A DNA stretch of 61,328 nucleotides, counting the filler, from Sphacelaria rigidula (lineage: Eukaryota), in the NCBI GenBank assembly GCA_964200075.2. It is 6 parts of 6 records of this genome, joined end to end, with 100 filler letters (N's around TTAATTAATTAA, not from the genome) between each part and the next. Parts side by side here need not be neighbours in the genome. Positions count along the whole stretch, not along the records: positions 40,954 to 51,091 come from CAXNAA020007053.1; positions 51,192 to 61,328 come from CAXNAA020007054.1; 4 more parts are not named here. The stretch is one strand, 5' to 3'. Positions 45,831-58,633 of this stretch are shown in pieces (positions within the stretch are counted from its first letter, which is position 1; every line of letters begins with the position of its first letter). The notes beneath the pieces were generated by a model. That model searched no databases. It was given only the letters and a program-made list of their open reading frames with translations, and was not told the origin of the DNA. Made by a program: the position numbers and the translations under genes.

Positions 45831-46807
45831 ATATGCGACCAGGACACTGAAGCTTCACGGCACTGTGGGGATGATGTACAGACGGCAGGCCGCATGTGGC
45901 GGTAAACGTAGACTCTGCATAACCAAGATACAGAAGAGCACCAGACAGTCACCATGGTGTTGTGTGTTCTAGTACACACCACGCTCTCTAACGTGGGTTC
46001 CTACAGGGGCTGAGTATACAACAGCAATGCTTCTCTGGTACTAGTTTGTCGGAGTGCATTATACCCTGGCACACTTCTGACTTTTTATGACAGAAACAGA
46101 GTTACTCCGATTCAGATCTCTCCTATTTTGCCCCGCCTCCGTCCCATCTGCGGGGTTGAGTTTCATTTGCTCTTGTCGGGAATGGTGGCTTGTTGGGGGA
46201 GAGTCCATCGATAGGCCAGCTGAATCAGAGACGGTCTCGTCGATGACGAGTTCGATTCGAGCGCTATTTTTTGCGTTGTGTACTTCAAACCACAATGCAT
46301 GTTGTGATGGCTTCGCTTTCCGGGCACATCCAATGCTCGGCAGACCAGGCGGCAAAAAAAAAAAAAGGAAGAGTTTCAGCGAACGCTAGAAGAGTTGACA
46401 AGAAAGGAATTAACCTTGCAATGCATGTCAGGGGTGTGAACGTGTATGTAGCGACAGAACAGGGAGGGCGTCGCTTGAACGCACGATTTTCTCCTTCTAA
46501 TGATGTGTTTAATCGAGTGTATCCACACGGAAGAGAGGAAATAAGGATGAGATGTCTATGGTCGATATAATTTCGTCGATTGGCCTGACAAAATTCGGAG
46601 GCTAACACCCCCCCCGCGACTCGCACATCGAACTGTGTGCCGTGCAAACAGTCGGTGAGGAGTTTTCAAGTACTGGACTGACGACCTGTCCTCTCAGCGC
46701 TTGCAAACCAAAATAATGTCGGCACTGTCCGGTATTGTATGTACGACATATAGCTGTACAGCGCTACGATGCAGGATGTGGCGGGCATGCAGCCTGTCGG
46801 GGGCATA

Positions 46808-47929
46808 CAAGCTGGTTCAGATTGAATATCCAAAATTTATTCCCCGACTAATGACGAACGCAATACCCAGTCAATACAGTATGCACAAATGTGGTATCAT
46901 ACTGACCGCAATGAACAGACGAAAATGGTAACATAGCCGGATTTTTGTTGAAGGAGTTAGCGATGGCACCATGGACAAAAATATGTCTCGACCAATCAGC
47001 GCCCTCCAAATTGTTCCGAAATTGGAAACACGAATTCCAAGCCCAATTTCCACTGAATCTTCACATGGTTCAAATCGTAGTAACTGTTATCAGCTTGGGA
47101 ATCTAACGGAAGAAACATATTTGAAAACGGTTCCAACGGGGTCGAATTTTGCCCAAAACCGGAATGTTTCGGTGATGCGGAGTTTTGGCGTCGTCTGATT
47201 TCCGCTCATGATACGTGAGAAAGACCCACGGAGCCTCGAGACGATTTCCCTTTCATCTGTTGGAGAAAAGCTCAGATCATCCTCAAACTTGACAGTTCCG
47301 TAGGTATTGATGCTCCAAATGAAAAAAAATTAGTCTTGGCAAGATTCCAAAGTTTCTCCGTTCTCTACCGGCTTCCGGGGGTCCCAGAATAAAGACCTCA
47401 GGAAACCGGTACGAAATGTCCCAACACCAAACTTTTGACATCTTAGAGTTAGGCGGTATCCCAAGGAACATGTGTACCAAGTTTTGTTGCTCAACTCGAA
47501 AAACTGAATCGGCTGGGTCTCTTACCGTGAAAACAACCCCCCAAAAGGGCGATTCTCTACTTTAATCAAGTAATTACAGACTTTTTTATACTACAGCGCA
47601 CGTTTTGGCATTTCCTCACGCCGGTTTTTCGAATTAGACCACGAAAATTTGCACACACGTTCTCGAGGGCACCATCTAAAACTCGAAGACCGTTTTTTTC
47701 CTTAGTGTTTTTTCGTTGGTGGATTTTTATCCAAGGCCGCGGTTGACCTACTTGACCGGGGGAGGGGTCAGATTCCGAATATCTCGACATCGAAGAAAAA
47801 CAAAAAGGTCTTCGAGTTTTAGATAGTGTCCTCGAGAACATGTGTGCAAATTTTCGTGGTCTGAATCGAAAAAACGGAGTGAGTAAATCCCGGGGAATGA
47901 ATTTTGGGCGTTCAATCTAAACCAGCTCG
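46808..47929. mobile_element. Tc1/mariner-type MITE (1122 bp, TA TSD), same family as 29279-30440, opposite orientation
   Basis: TA|CAAGCTGGTTCAGATTGAA...TTCAATCTAAACCAGCTCG|TA, with a shared sub-terminal inverted block. Confidence 0.85.
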
Positions 47930-48079
47930 TAGCATCAAACTGTGCGTGGGATAGGCATGATGACATCAGAATCTCTGGGGAGCTGTGAAACGCACGGCAC
48001 AGTATACCTCGGCAATGAAACGTTAGAACTACCCGTTATTTCTGCGTGGTTGGAAGGTGGACTGCGTTTTAATTATGTG

Positions 48080-49035
48080 TCCGACACAGCTGTACAGTGC
48101 AGGCCGTCCCGGTTATGGAAGCTGGACGGTGCTTGTCAGCGGTTGGAAACCAAAATAACGGCGGTACGGCGGTACTGCCCCATATTGTATGTACGGCATA
48201 GCTGTACAGTACTACAGTACAGGTTTGAAGTTTGAATCTCTGAAGGGCTTTGAAATGAACGACACAGCTTTCGTTGGCAATTTCCCGTTACAAAACCCAG
48301 TTGATCAGGACCCCTCTTCTGTCGGCGAGCAGGGTGTATGTACTTGGTGCTTTATATTATTTGTGCGTAAAACGATGTGAAACGGAAAACACCGTGTACA
48401 TCTAATTGTCCGTTTTTTTCCGATTGAGTCCTTTGCTTCTTGTCACGCCTATTGAGCAACATGGCATGCGACAGGAGAGGTCACCGCCCTGTTGGATTTC
48501 AGTGGTTGCAAAGAACAGCATGCTTTCACTGCTGTACTGAACTGTACTCTATGAACGACGGCCCATAGCTGTACAGCGCAGGCTGTCGCAAGCATGGCAT
48601 AGGGAGCACCTGTCGGTGAGCAGGTTGTATGTACTTGATGCTATATATTTCTTGTATGTGAAACGATGTGAAACGAAGAGCTATATATACATATATATAT
48701 ATATATATGTGTGTGTGTACATCTATTTGTCCGCTTTTCCATGGCATGCGACATATTGTGACCGTATTGTAAAAAGTGCTCTGAGAAGGACAAACATGTA
48801 CCCATTGCTATCCTGCACTGTACTCTATGAACGGCGATGCATAGCTGTACAGCTCAGGCCGTCGCGAGCATGGCATAGGGAGCACCTATCATCGGTCAGC
48901 AGGTTGTATGTATTTCATGCTATGTATATGTATTTGTGCGTGAAACGATGTGAAATGGACAGCATCGTGTACATCTGATTGTCCGCTTTTCCGTGGCATG
49001 CGACATGTTCAGAGCGTATTGTAAAAAGAGTTCCA
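48080..49035. repeat. Diverged tandem triplication, ~280-bp core
   Basis: AGCTGTACAG..CAGGC.GTC and GAGCAGG.TGTATGTA.TT..TGCT..AAACGATGTGAAA..GTGTACATCT.TTGTCCG recur three times. Confidence 0.75.
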
Positions 49036-49634
49036 AGATGGACCATTTTTTACTTGGGTTAGGTGTGGATTTCTGGACACGTTTCTACTGATGTATGTAT
49101 GGAGCAGAGAGACATTAACGCCAGTAAATAGGATACGAAGCTCTTCTAGTTAGTACCGCGGGAGAACCAGCACGATACACAAGGGCGACAAACGTTCACA
49201 TCGGTTACACAACACCCCACTCGCGTAACCGTCGCCGGTTAACATTTGAAAAAAGCGCACTCAAATGGTGTTTTGATGCCGATAGCCTAATCACATTTTC
49301 TCATAGACGGTTCTACACACAGCAAGATTCAACTGCTGCACAGAACAACTACAAACACATGATAATTCACTCGTACACGTGCACCGTCAACGTGAGTGTG
49401 CTTTGTCGATGCATGCCAAAATAACTCCGTATCATGCAACGCAACTCATATTACACCCCGCCACAATTCTTGTTAAGAACACGTCAATCCAGGTGAGCGG
49501 GCAAGAAAATAAAATACTGAGAAGGTGACTTGCAACACCCCATGGGGCAAGCGCGCATAACGCTTTGCGGTTTTTCTAAAACCTTTAGTAGTGTGATGTG
49601 CACGTATGTGTCGACCTTTGCCTACATGTCTCAC

Positions 49635-49769
49635 CAGTTTGGTTGCTGATGTGGACCAAGGACCCAGCGCCTGCGCATCCTCGTCTGAAAAGCCGGTAGC
49701 TCTGAATAGCTCGGCCACACGCCGCGCGCTCCCCCCCACCCTGCTCGCCGCTTCGGATGCCTTCAACGC
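49635..49769 (-). CDS. ABCD transporter, exon at the end of the membrane domain
   Basis: GACAG|GCG...CTG|GTGAGA. Encodes ALKASEAASRVGGSARRVAELF, resembling the ABCD post-TM6 GxxxRVxEL helix. Phase 0 to 0. Confidence 0.7.
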
Positions 49770-50911
49770 CTGTCCGCGGAGAACATTCCAAGATTTTTTT
49801 TCTGTAAAGTGTTTTTTTCTTACCCGAACAGAGGTGAGGAAGCCGGGTCTCACCAAGACACACGGAATTACATTCAGAAATCACATTGAAACGAACATGA
49901 TTTAGCTCGTAACGACCAGACTGCGTATGGTCGAGAGTACACTATTTTCCCGCATCGCTGTTTTTCTTGGAATGGACGTAAGTCCGAACAGCTCTGATCA
50001 TCTGATCCGAACAGTTTAGATCTGAATATCTGAGCAGGTGGCACGACGAGAGTGACGGAGAAACATCACACCGACACACAACGGAGCTCCACTAACTACG
50101 CACAGACACCCGCCACCCCCCGCACATTATATCTGGTGCCCATTACAATAGCCCTTGTTCGTCTACACACAGCAGCAGTTTCTCACTCCACGAAAATCCG
50201 TTCAGTAGTGGAGAAGGGCCGGCCTTGGGCACGCCAAAAACGCCGCCCCAATGTGCAGTCCTCTTACCCTGCTACGTCGGTATTTTCGTTCGGAGCGTCT
50301 GACGCAAAATCATCGGATCTCCTTCGACTTCAAACAGATTCGCCACACACCTAAGACCTCGCACTCAGCTCATCAACAGCTTCTGCGGGTAGAGACATGT
50401 TCTCTGTTCCGTCGGCGACAGTGGCGGAGGAATTGATGCGTGGTTGTGCCCTGGTTACGTGTCACGCCCCCGTATGTGTTTCCCTGTGGTACCCTGCATA
50501 CGTTCCCTCTAAAAGCTGATTCGTTCTCGAACATCCCACAAGCGGGGTTCTAAAAAGTTCCGAAACACTCTTCAACAATCAGGATCACACGATGACAAAA
50601 ACAGGAATCGATCCTGGTTCTTCGGTCTTGAGGGGTGGTATCGCACAGCGGCAAACGGCAGGGGGTGATATCAAACTGATTTTTGTGATCCTGATCTGGT
50701 CCATCTCGAGAAGACACGCAAGTTGGTGCCGAAAAAACGTACGGTGGAATCGAATTCGTTGGTAGCTAATACGCCCGCGGCATTGATTTTACATCATTGC
50801 ACTATGGTCACTCAGAATGTTACAGTCGTAATTCTTCAATAGAAAATCATCGGCGAAGACAAAGTCAGACTAGATATGGACATAAATGTGCAAAATTTCA
50901 AAAGCGTCTTA

Positions 50912-51091
50912 GGCCGCTTCTTATAGACTTGAAAAATTCTCTGAGAAAAGTCATTTTGGTCAGTCTCCAGACAATTTTTTCAGAACGCGACCTTATAGGG
51001 CCAATTTTCATGAAAAAAGCCTCTGGAAATTGGCCACAAATCGCAGACAGCGGGATTTTGCGAAATCTCTCTGCGAATCGCCATCGATTCG
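50912..51091. mobile_element. Left end of a PIF/Harbinger-type MITE (family of 56770-57662), cut by the contig end
   Basis: TTA|GGCCGCTTC..AGACT.GAAAAA..CTCTGAGAAAAGTC..GACCTTATAGGGCCA.TTTTCATGAAAAAA closely matches 56770-56947. Confidence 0.75.
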
Positions 51092-52147
51092 NNNNNNNNN
51101 NNNNNNNNNNNNNNNNNNNNNNNNNNNNNNNNNNNTTAATTAATTAANNNNNNNNNNNNNNNNNNNNNNNNNNNNNNNNNNNNNNNNNNNNAGCTGCATC
51201 CTGCTAAGATTGTTCGGCCCGAAGCCTACTGATTATCTTGCATTTGGATGACAGCCTACGATGACCACCTCGTATGTGGGGGGCATGAACGTCTACAGTA
51301 TATATATATATATATGTGCATGAAGATAGCTTTTGATAAAACATAACAGTGCGTAACATATACTCGTACATTCGATTTATCCTTTTTCTTTAATCTTCGA
51401 CGACGGGGTACAACAATCATTTTCCAGTGACTCCATATGTGGCCACGTGAATATTTCACCACTTAATCTTAATATTTTGACCTCCCAGGGTGTACATCTG
51501 CGAATGCTCAAAGGGCTAGCCTCTTGGGCAGCAGGCCTCCCCTAGATACAGGGTACAAAACTATCGGATCAAGTTCAATACCGGTAACCCCAACGCTAAA
51601 GCACAGATTCTTCTTTTTGGCCCAATTTCAACCCCCCCCCCCACTCTCTATGGACGAGTCCGTGGTTTCAAGGGATTAGGTATTCCCGCACTGCGTCATT
51701 TTTCGTCAAATGAGCTGGTTTTGCTTCTCATATGCGCACGTCTCCAACGACACGAAATCAGATGATTTTCAAAGAAAAATCCAAAGGCACCTCCTGCTTG
51801 GAATCGAACCCGTAATTTCCGATCCCATGGTTTCACCAGGGCGCGGCGAGAGAAAATTCTCGCCGTTTGCGAGGACAACCCCAACGTCAACATACCGCGT
51901 GCGTCGCCGCCCCCAAGCCTCGACGCAGGTAAACTGTTTGACCTAAGTTGTTGGTGTTCACGTCTGCCAAGGGTTGATCGGACGGGGTTCGTCGCCGTCA
52001 GAGGAGTCAAAGTGCATATAAGCTCTTGCGATGACGTGTCCAGATCCTTGGCGATCAAGGGGCTGATATTCAGTGAAATAAGGAAACGAAAGTTTGGCTG
52101 GAACGGCCTCCGTGTTCTGCACGTTCCTTGTCCCGCCTCTCACTCAC

Positions 52148-52222
52148 CGCCGCAAGCCGCTGTTCGAGGTCCGTGAACGCCAGCTGGTTGTACTCCGTGA
52201 GTGCCCGATATTTGTCCAGAAC
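52148..52222 (-). CDS. Possible SKA3-like kinetochore protein, exon 3
   Basis: ATCAG|GTT...GCG|GTGAGT. Encodes VLDKYRALTEYNQLAFTDLEQRLAA. Phase 0 to 0. The exon is well supported; the family call is tentative. Confidence 0.6.
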
Positions 52223-52603
52223 CTGATTTGTAGAATGACCGACGCATGTTTCGTACCAAAGGAGCAAAGAACAGACCAAACGAGAATGGTTCGAACACAA
52301 GATCCGACTCGTAAGCTCGGCGGAAACGATGGGTACTCGCGAGATAAGCGAGATACTGAAGAAATGGTCAGCTGCGGGCGAAGGAGCAAATTTCCAAGGA
52401 GCAAATTTTCAAGTTGCAGGGAGGTTTCAGGCGTGTCGGAGACGCCAAGGACGGATCAATGAAACTCTCCAAAAATACCTCGGTTATTCCCCATGTAGGC
52501 TTACCAAACTGCATAAGTACGTTTTGTATACTGTAGTGCAGTTCGATGCTACAGTCAGTACACTACTGGCTGTATGTGGGAAGGCGCTCGCCGAAGATCG
52601 TAC

Positions 52604-52722
52604 CAGATCCATAGAGGGCTGAGTTCGCATCGCCATTTCCGCCTCGCGCAGGCTCGCCTCCTGCGCGGCTACCTCATTCACCAGCTCCTTAGTTGTCACG
52701 TCGGCGCTCGCCGTCTCCAGCA
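52604..52722 (-). CDS. Possible SKA3-like kinetochore protein, exon 2
   Basis: TCAAG|TG...CTG|GTACGA. Encodes (V)LETASADVTTKELVNEVAAQEASLREAEMAMRTQPSMDL. Phase 1 to 0. Confidence 0.6.
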
Positions 52723-53652
52723 CTTGAGATATCGCGACCGTGACGGATGTCGTGTCCAGTGTTGACCGTTGTCAACCGTTGTACGGTGCGGGCACACGAC
52801 GTGGTATGTAACATCAGTTTTCACGATCATACGGTGTCGTCGGACTCGACATCAATCAGGCATAGATACAGCGGCAACTTTGTAGTGTGGTGGGCAGCTG
52901 CCCTCACGTGTCTCCAGAGAGTAGTCATCGTCGGAGTCGTGCACAGCAGGGCATGAAGACCCGTACGGTGTGGCGGCGGTGCGGCGAATTTGACACGTTT
53001 TTGACGTGTAGCACCTGAAAACGATCGCCACCGAACCAATTTTTTTAGGGCGGCTGAACAAAAAGTGCGATTTTAGGCTGTTGATCCGGCCCAAACACGC
53101 GAGAGTCGGGCTGACTGACTGCCGCGATCAACCTGACATCAACACCCATGATAGAAGTCTGATTTTCGGCTGAACAATCGCTGCTTAAATTAGATCGGGG
53201 ACTACTCTCCGCAGTCGCCGTCATACTCTCGTGTTAATGTTTTTTTGTCTCGAGCACCGAAGTGCATGCCTCATGGTAAAAAATGTTTTGGAAGGCCTTT
53301 CGGCAGGTCAGACATGAAGGCACAGTGACGCGAAATGGCACCATCCTCAGAAGTGCAGCCCTCCTCCGGTGAGACGCACCGGAGGTCGGCGGCTGCGGAG
53401 GGCTTACGGTCGCCGAAAGGCATACGGCCGCATCAATGATCCGGCGACACACGCATTTTCAATCCTGGTGCGCGGTAGTACGATATCGTGGTGTGGCAAG
53501 TGTTGAAATTCCGCAGGGGAAATCAAAATTTCACCCTTGTTGGGTGCACGAGGTGGGAATCATTTCATTTTCCCAGCAGAGCTTACATGCAGTACATACC
53601 ATCTGCCAACCCTTCATCGAATAGTCGTGTCCCAAAAGCACTTGATTTTGAC

Positions 53653-53890
53653 CAAGGGCCGGACAAATAGTGATTCGTCTGGAAATTACTTGGTTTTAGT
53701 ATACATGATTCGACTCGTACGAATCAATCCCTAAGCTTTGTTTTCAGCGATGCAACCCAGGTACACGCAGCCCAGATACGTGGGATGGCGCAAAAGTTGT
53801 GATACCCCTTGGACCAGCATTCAACTTCCTTCTCCCTTTTGGGCAATCAGGCCGAAGGAATCGTGGATGTGGTGATTCGTCCTAACCGTG
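53653..53890. mobile_element. hAT-type MITE, second copy
   Basis: Near-perfect 8-bp TSD ATTTTGAC/GTTTTGAC. Ends are CAAGGGCCGGAC...CCTAACCGTG. Interior is homologous to 40094-40349. Confidence 0.8.
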
Positions 53891-56769
53891 GTTTTGACGT
53901 TTTGGCCGCAACCCTCGCCCATTCGTGTTGCTCAAAATTGCCTATGGTCAACTCCGGTTTTGGACTACGTGGTATTTTTCAAGTGACGCGGCACACCCTT
54001 TTACATGACCTTGTCGATTTTGAGCACTACTACAGTATCGAGATGAGAGCGAGAGAACTCGTGACCGGCTTCGGGTCAAGTCAAGCGGATATGTACCTTC
54101 GGTGAGCCATTTTCGTCGAGTACATCTTTCAATTCTAGGCAAGTGGTGCGCGCTGTTAGCCCCTACTGCTGCGATATACGCCCACAACATACCACCCGCC
54201 TATGCTTTCGCAGCGTTGGTACCCTGGGGGCAGTGGAGGCACGCATCGAGCATGGTTTCATGTTGCAACATTTCCCAACCGGTCTCTACTGTCTGTACTG
54301 CTGCTGCTGCTGTGCCGTAGATACACATGCAAACGTTTGTAATCGTCGGCTAAAGTACAACGTTGCAGAATAGTCAGTGGGTCACCGCCCTCAACTGCGC
54401 AAGTATTCCGTACGCTGTGTTCGTAGTACTGTATGTGTCTAGACAATACCGTCGGCATGATATGTGTCGGTTGGCATGTATTACGTATGCAGAGGAAAAT
54501 GTCCACACCTGTCTTTCATCTATCTGGACAGGTATGGGGGTTAATGGGGGGCCAATTTTGGGCACTGTATCTCAAGAAAGTGTACATCGACACCTGTCTT
54601 CAGAAGAAATGAGGTTAACACTTAGACGACGAGCGTCGCCTCGGAACAGTTGTACTGGCTCACAGTTCCGAGACATCCAGGGGTTTCCAGAGCTCGTGGG
54701 GGGTGATTTTTGAGGAGGCGGGGTGTCTCTCTGCGGAGCATGGGAGAAGCTCACAGAGTCAACCATGTGTGTTTGGAAGTTTTTCGCGGAAAATTATGAG
54801 CCGTGCACAAGGCCCGAGTGGCGCGGGATGACCATTCTGACCAATCACGGTCGTCAAAATGAGCACTTTTGTTCCGGTAGAGGTAGACAGCTGGTAGACA
54901 CATTCGCCGTCTACCCTTAAATCTCATTTTGATCATGCCAAATCAACCATAGATTATATAACCAAAATCAGGTGTTTGAGCATCTTCGCTAAACTGTGTC
55001 TGTTTGTTTAGTACTGCATGAGCGTCCTACTAGCTCCAAACCTCCATCTGGTATGAAACGTCATGGCGCAACACGCGAGCGGCGGCCACGATTATCCTAC
55101 GTACGTAAATGTAGACAAGTACTTCGGCGGTGAGGCGACCGCCATCGCCGAGCAATTGCTCCACGGTAGTCAGGGTCGTTCGCGGCGGTAGTCATGGTGC
55201 GATACCCAAACGCACGCTGCGAACACCCGGCACGTTCAACACTGTAAGACCCAGTACGCTGGAGACCGCACGTGCAGCCGCGGCACGATACACTACAGAC
55301 TGCACAGCAAAAATACGAGGCTTGATAATCATATGGTCGACAACCACACCACCGTCTGTGTTATGACTCCTACAACCATATGCCTCTTATGCACTCCCGG
55401 TCCCTTCTGCCGTAGAGCAGGCGTTTTGAGTTTTGACAAAGGGATGATTCTGAACCCCAAAAGTCGAGTGTCTACCCCAGTCTACCAGCGGGGGGGTCGC
55501 CGTCTAAGGGTTAGGCCTTACACCGCGATAGTAGTCCATCTGGGCCATGTATACTATCTTCACGTTAAATTGATGCCGATTCAACACATGACCTACCCTC
55601 GCCGTCTAAGGGTTTTGTTTTGATGAATCGGTATCATTTTCAGTCATTTTCAAGTCAAAATGAGCCAGTCAGTATTAATCACAAATACACGCGTCACCTC
55701 GGAGTAACGACCTGGGCCATATGAAATGTACTATACGTTGCTGTACATCTGTACTCAGGGTCACAACAACAGGGGGATAGAAGCTGCTGCTCGTGTTGTT
55801 GTTGTGCCTCTCCCATGGCCCTACGTTGTTGTGCCGATTTTTCAGCGCGGATCTCTGGGCAACCAAACACAATATTGGGCTGCGACTCGTTGCGCGCGCT
55901 TGCCACACACCCGAACTAGGGAACCATAAAATAGATTCCCTTGACGCGTCCCACAAACGCTTTACGCCACCGAAATGTACTAGTATATATATATTTTCTT
56001 CTGTTGTGAGGGCTGTTTGGGTCCGCTGTGGCGATCTGAGCAAATTTACCTAATCATTCCCTAGCTATTGGGTGTGTGCGGGGGGCTGTAAAGTGCCACC
56101 GGCCGGCTCGCTTCCTGTGCCGAGAAAAGCGCGAAAAGGTACTGTAGTTGTCGTATACTAAAAGGGGACGATGGGGGGTGTCCTGTAGTACTCCAAATAG
56201 CTGAGAGCAGCTGATGACGCGTTTATTATTCCTCCGCGTTATTCTTTTTTGTCCTCCATGAGTTTATTTGGTCGTTAAGGCCCTCATTCACCCCCATAAC
56301 AGCACAATAGAGGGCAGAAAGTCGCAAACACTGCGCACAAATCAACAGGCACTTCTTTTTTTCGCCGTTCAATGGTTTAGTGGTAGTTGCGAAAAAGGTC
56401 AAATCCATGTTGATCACCAAGTCGGGTATACTGGGTCACCTGCAGTGGAAAATGATGGATCATTCGGCGAATCAAAACTATCAAACTTGACTCTCAGTCT
56501 ACTTCCTATGTATCAGTAACTATAACTAGTTGAAAAGTACATTTTTTGCTCTTTTCTGTCGTTTTTCCCCCGAAAAGAGGGCTAGGCAGATGTTGACACC
56601 TTGGGATGACTTGCTCTACTCGCTGAGACGGTTCCAGAGTACCTTTGCGTTTCCCGCAGGTCACCGTTTCGTTTTTGGCCGAACTTGCATTTTCAATAAC
56701 CAATGGTCAAGTCACCAAAAAATTGTAAAATTTCCCCCCTGTTTTTTTATAACCTGAGGCTGCTTCTTA

Positions 56770-57354
56770 GGCCGCTTCGTACAGACTGAAAAAAGTCTCT
56801 GAGAAAAGTCTCTGGAGACTGACCAAAACGACTTTTCTCAGAACGTGACCTTATAGGGCCATTTTTCATGAAAAAAAACTCTGAAAATTGGCCACAATTT
56901 GCTGGCAGCGGGGTTTTGACAAATCTCTCTGCGAAAAGCCATCGATCCACTGAGACTTTTTTCAGTCTGTGAATTGTCATTCCATCACACATTCCTTGCA
57001 CACCGCGCCCACAATGGCATAGCCGGTGCTCCATCACGCACTCCTCGCATACAAGCATAGTACAGTCAGTGTAAAAGTAGTTGTCCATGTATATACAGTA
57101 CAATGCCAACAGCATAGCTGCTGCAGCACTCCGTGCATCCTCTTCATGACCGTAGAACCCTGGAAAGACAGTGTAGTATTTTTTTGCCAGCAGCGTTTCT
57201 ACCGTAAGATAGCACAATGCCGCCCCTGCTGGCTGTGTTGACCGTTTTGGTTCATGCTCGTCGTGCCCGCCACCGACTGCGGACTCTGTAGTATTCTGCG
57301 TACTGAGGCGGCCCTACTACGGAGTATACCAGTAGCTACTGTGCGTGTGCGTGC

Positions 57355-57391
<37 letters not shown>

Positions 57392-57662
57392 GCCATCCCA
57401 TCCATCCTGTACCTCGACAGGATTATTTACGTGTTGGTTTAAGGCAAGCTCACCGCAGGTGGCACAAGCACAAAATGCAAATGATGACCACTACCAGCGT
57501 CTGCACGCAGGCTAGATGATGGCCTCGGGTGTATAAATCCCGATGATTTTTTCAGACTCCATCAGGTGGGGTTCTGAAAATTGATTTCTCTGGAGAAAAT
57601 CTGAGAAAAGTCGTCCGAAATGACTTTTCTCAGAGGCTGTTCTCAGTCAATAACAAGCAGCC
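56770..57662. mobile_element. PIF/Harbinger-type MITE (TTA TSD)
   Basis: TTA|GGCCGCTT..GACTGA..CTCTGAGAAAAGTC ... GACTTTTCTCAGAG..TCAGTC..AAGCAGCC|TTA. Contains a (GT)n run at ~57340-57390. Confidence 0.7.
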
Positions 57663-57665
57663 TTA

Positions 57666-57848
57666 GGGCGTATCTCAGCACTTTTTTTTCGATCGAAAAA
57701 GTCCGGTGGAAAGCAAAAATCCCGATCTGATAAGTCGTGATTTCAATCATCGTCGTAAAAAGGTGGTTGAAATCATGACCTATCAGATCAGGATTTTTGC
57801 CCTCTACCGCACTTTTTTTATGGAAACAAAAAGTGCCAAGACAGGCCC
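57666..57848. mobile_element. Palindromic Tourist-like MITE (183 bp, TTA TSD)
   Basis: TTA|GGGCGTATCT..GCACTTTTT...AAAAAGTGCCAAGACAGGCCC|TTA. Nearly the whole length is an imperfect inverted repeat. Confidence 0.75.
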
Positions 57849-58048
57849 TTAACATTTAAAAAAACTCTATAAATAACGCGTTTTCTGATGAATGACCAAA
57901 AACCCACTGTTCATGTTATAAAAAAACGCATTTTTTTTCAAGAAATGTTTCTGATAAATTTGGACTGTCGGAAAATGCTATTGAAAACGCGTTTGAAATC
58001 CCGCCGCGCGCCAACACACCCTCCAGCCCACGACAGCAGCCATGATGG

Positions 58049-58633
58049 CTTGGCTGCCATCACCACTGCTGTCGCTGGTGCTCGCGGGCAGTCAGCGTGT
58101 TGCTTCATCGTCCTTCGCTCGCCAGTATCATGGTGGCCTTTTACCCCATGAGAAGAGCACAGGGCAAGTTTAATGACGAGTGTTGTACAAACACTCTGTA
58201 TGTAGTTTGCACAGACAACAGTGCTGTAGCTCGCAGTTCAGGTCTGTGCATGCAGCGTGTTGCGAATAGCACTCGCAATGCAGTACAGACTTCCCACGCA
58301 CCCAAGACTTGTAGACACCGGACCGTACTAACTGTACACACAAGGCCACAGTATAAGCAGTGCTACTGCGGTAGTGTCTATAGGGCTTGGGTGCTTCGGC
58401 AGTCTGTGCTGTATTCGAGTGCTGTTCGCAACACGCTGCATGTACAGACCTGAACTGAGCTACAAAACTGCGCGAACTACATACAGAGTGACTGTAAAGT
58501 ACTCGTCATCGACCCTGCCCTGTTCTGTTCTCATGGGGGTAAGGGCCATCACGCTACTCGCGAGAGAAGGACAGTAATGCAACATGCTGACTGCCCGCGG
58601 GCACCAGCGGCAGTAGTGGTGATGGCAGCCAAG
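58049..58633 (+). ncRNA. Candidate long hairpin RNA / miRNA-type precursor (imperfect foldback)
   Basis: Arms 58049-58318 and 58374-58633 are clear inverted homologues, and differences favour G-U pairs on the + strand. Expression is unknown. Confidence 0.4.

Noticed and set aside
10540..49769. A functional cluster of CysQ, iota-CA and ABCD genes
   Set aside because: The genes lie on different, artificially joined contigs.
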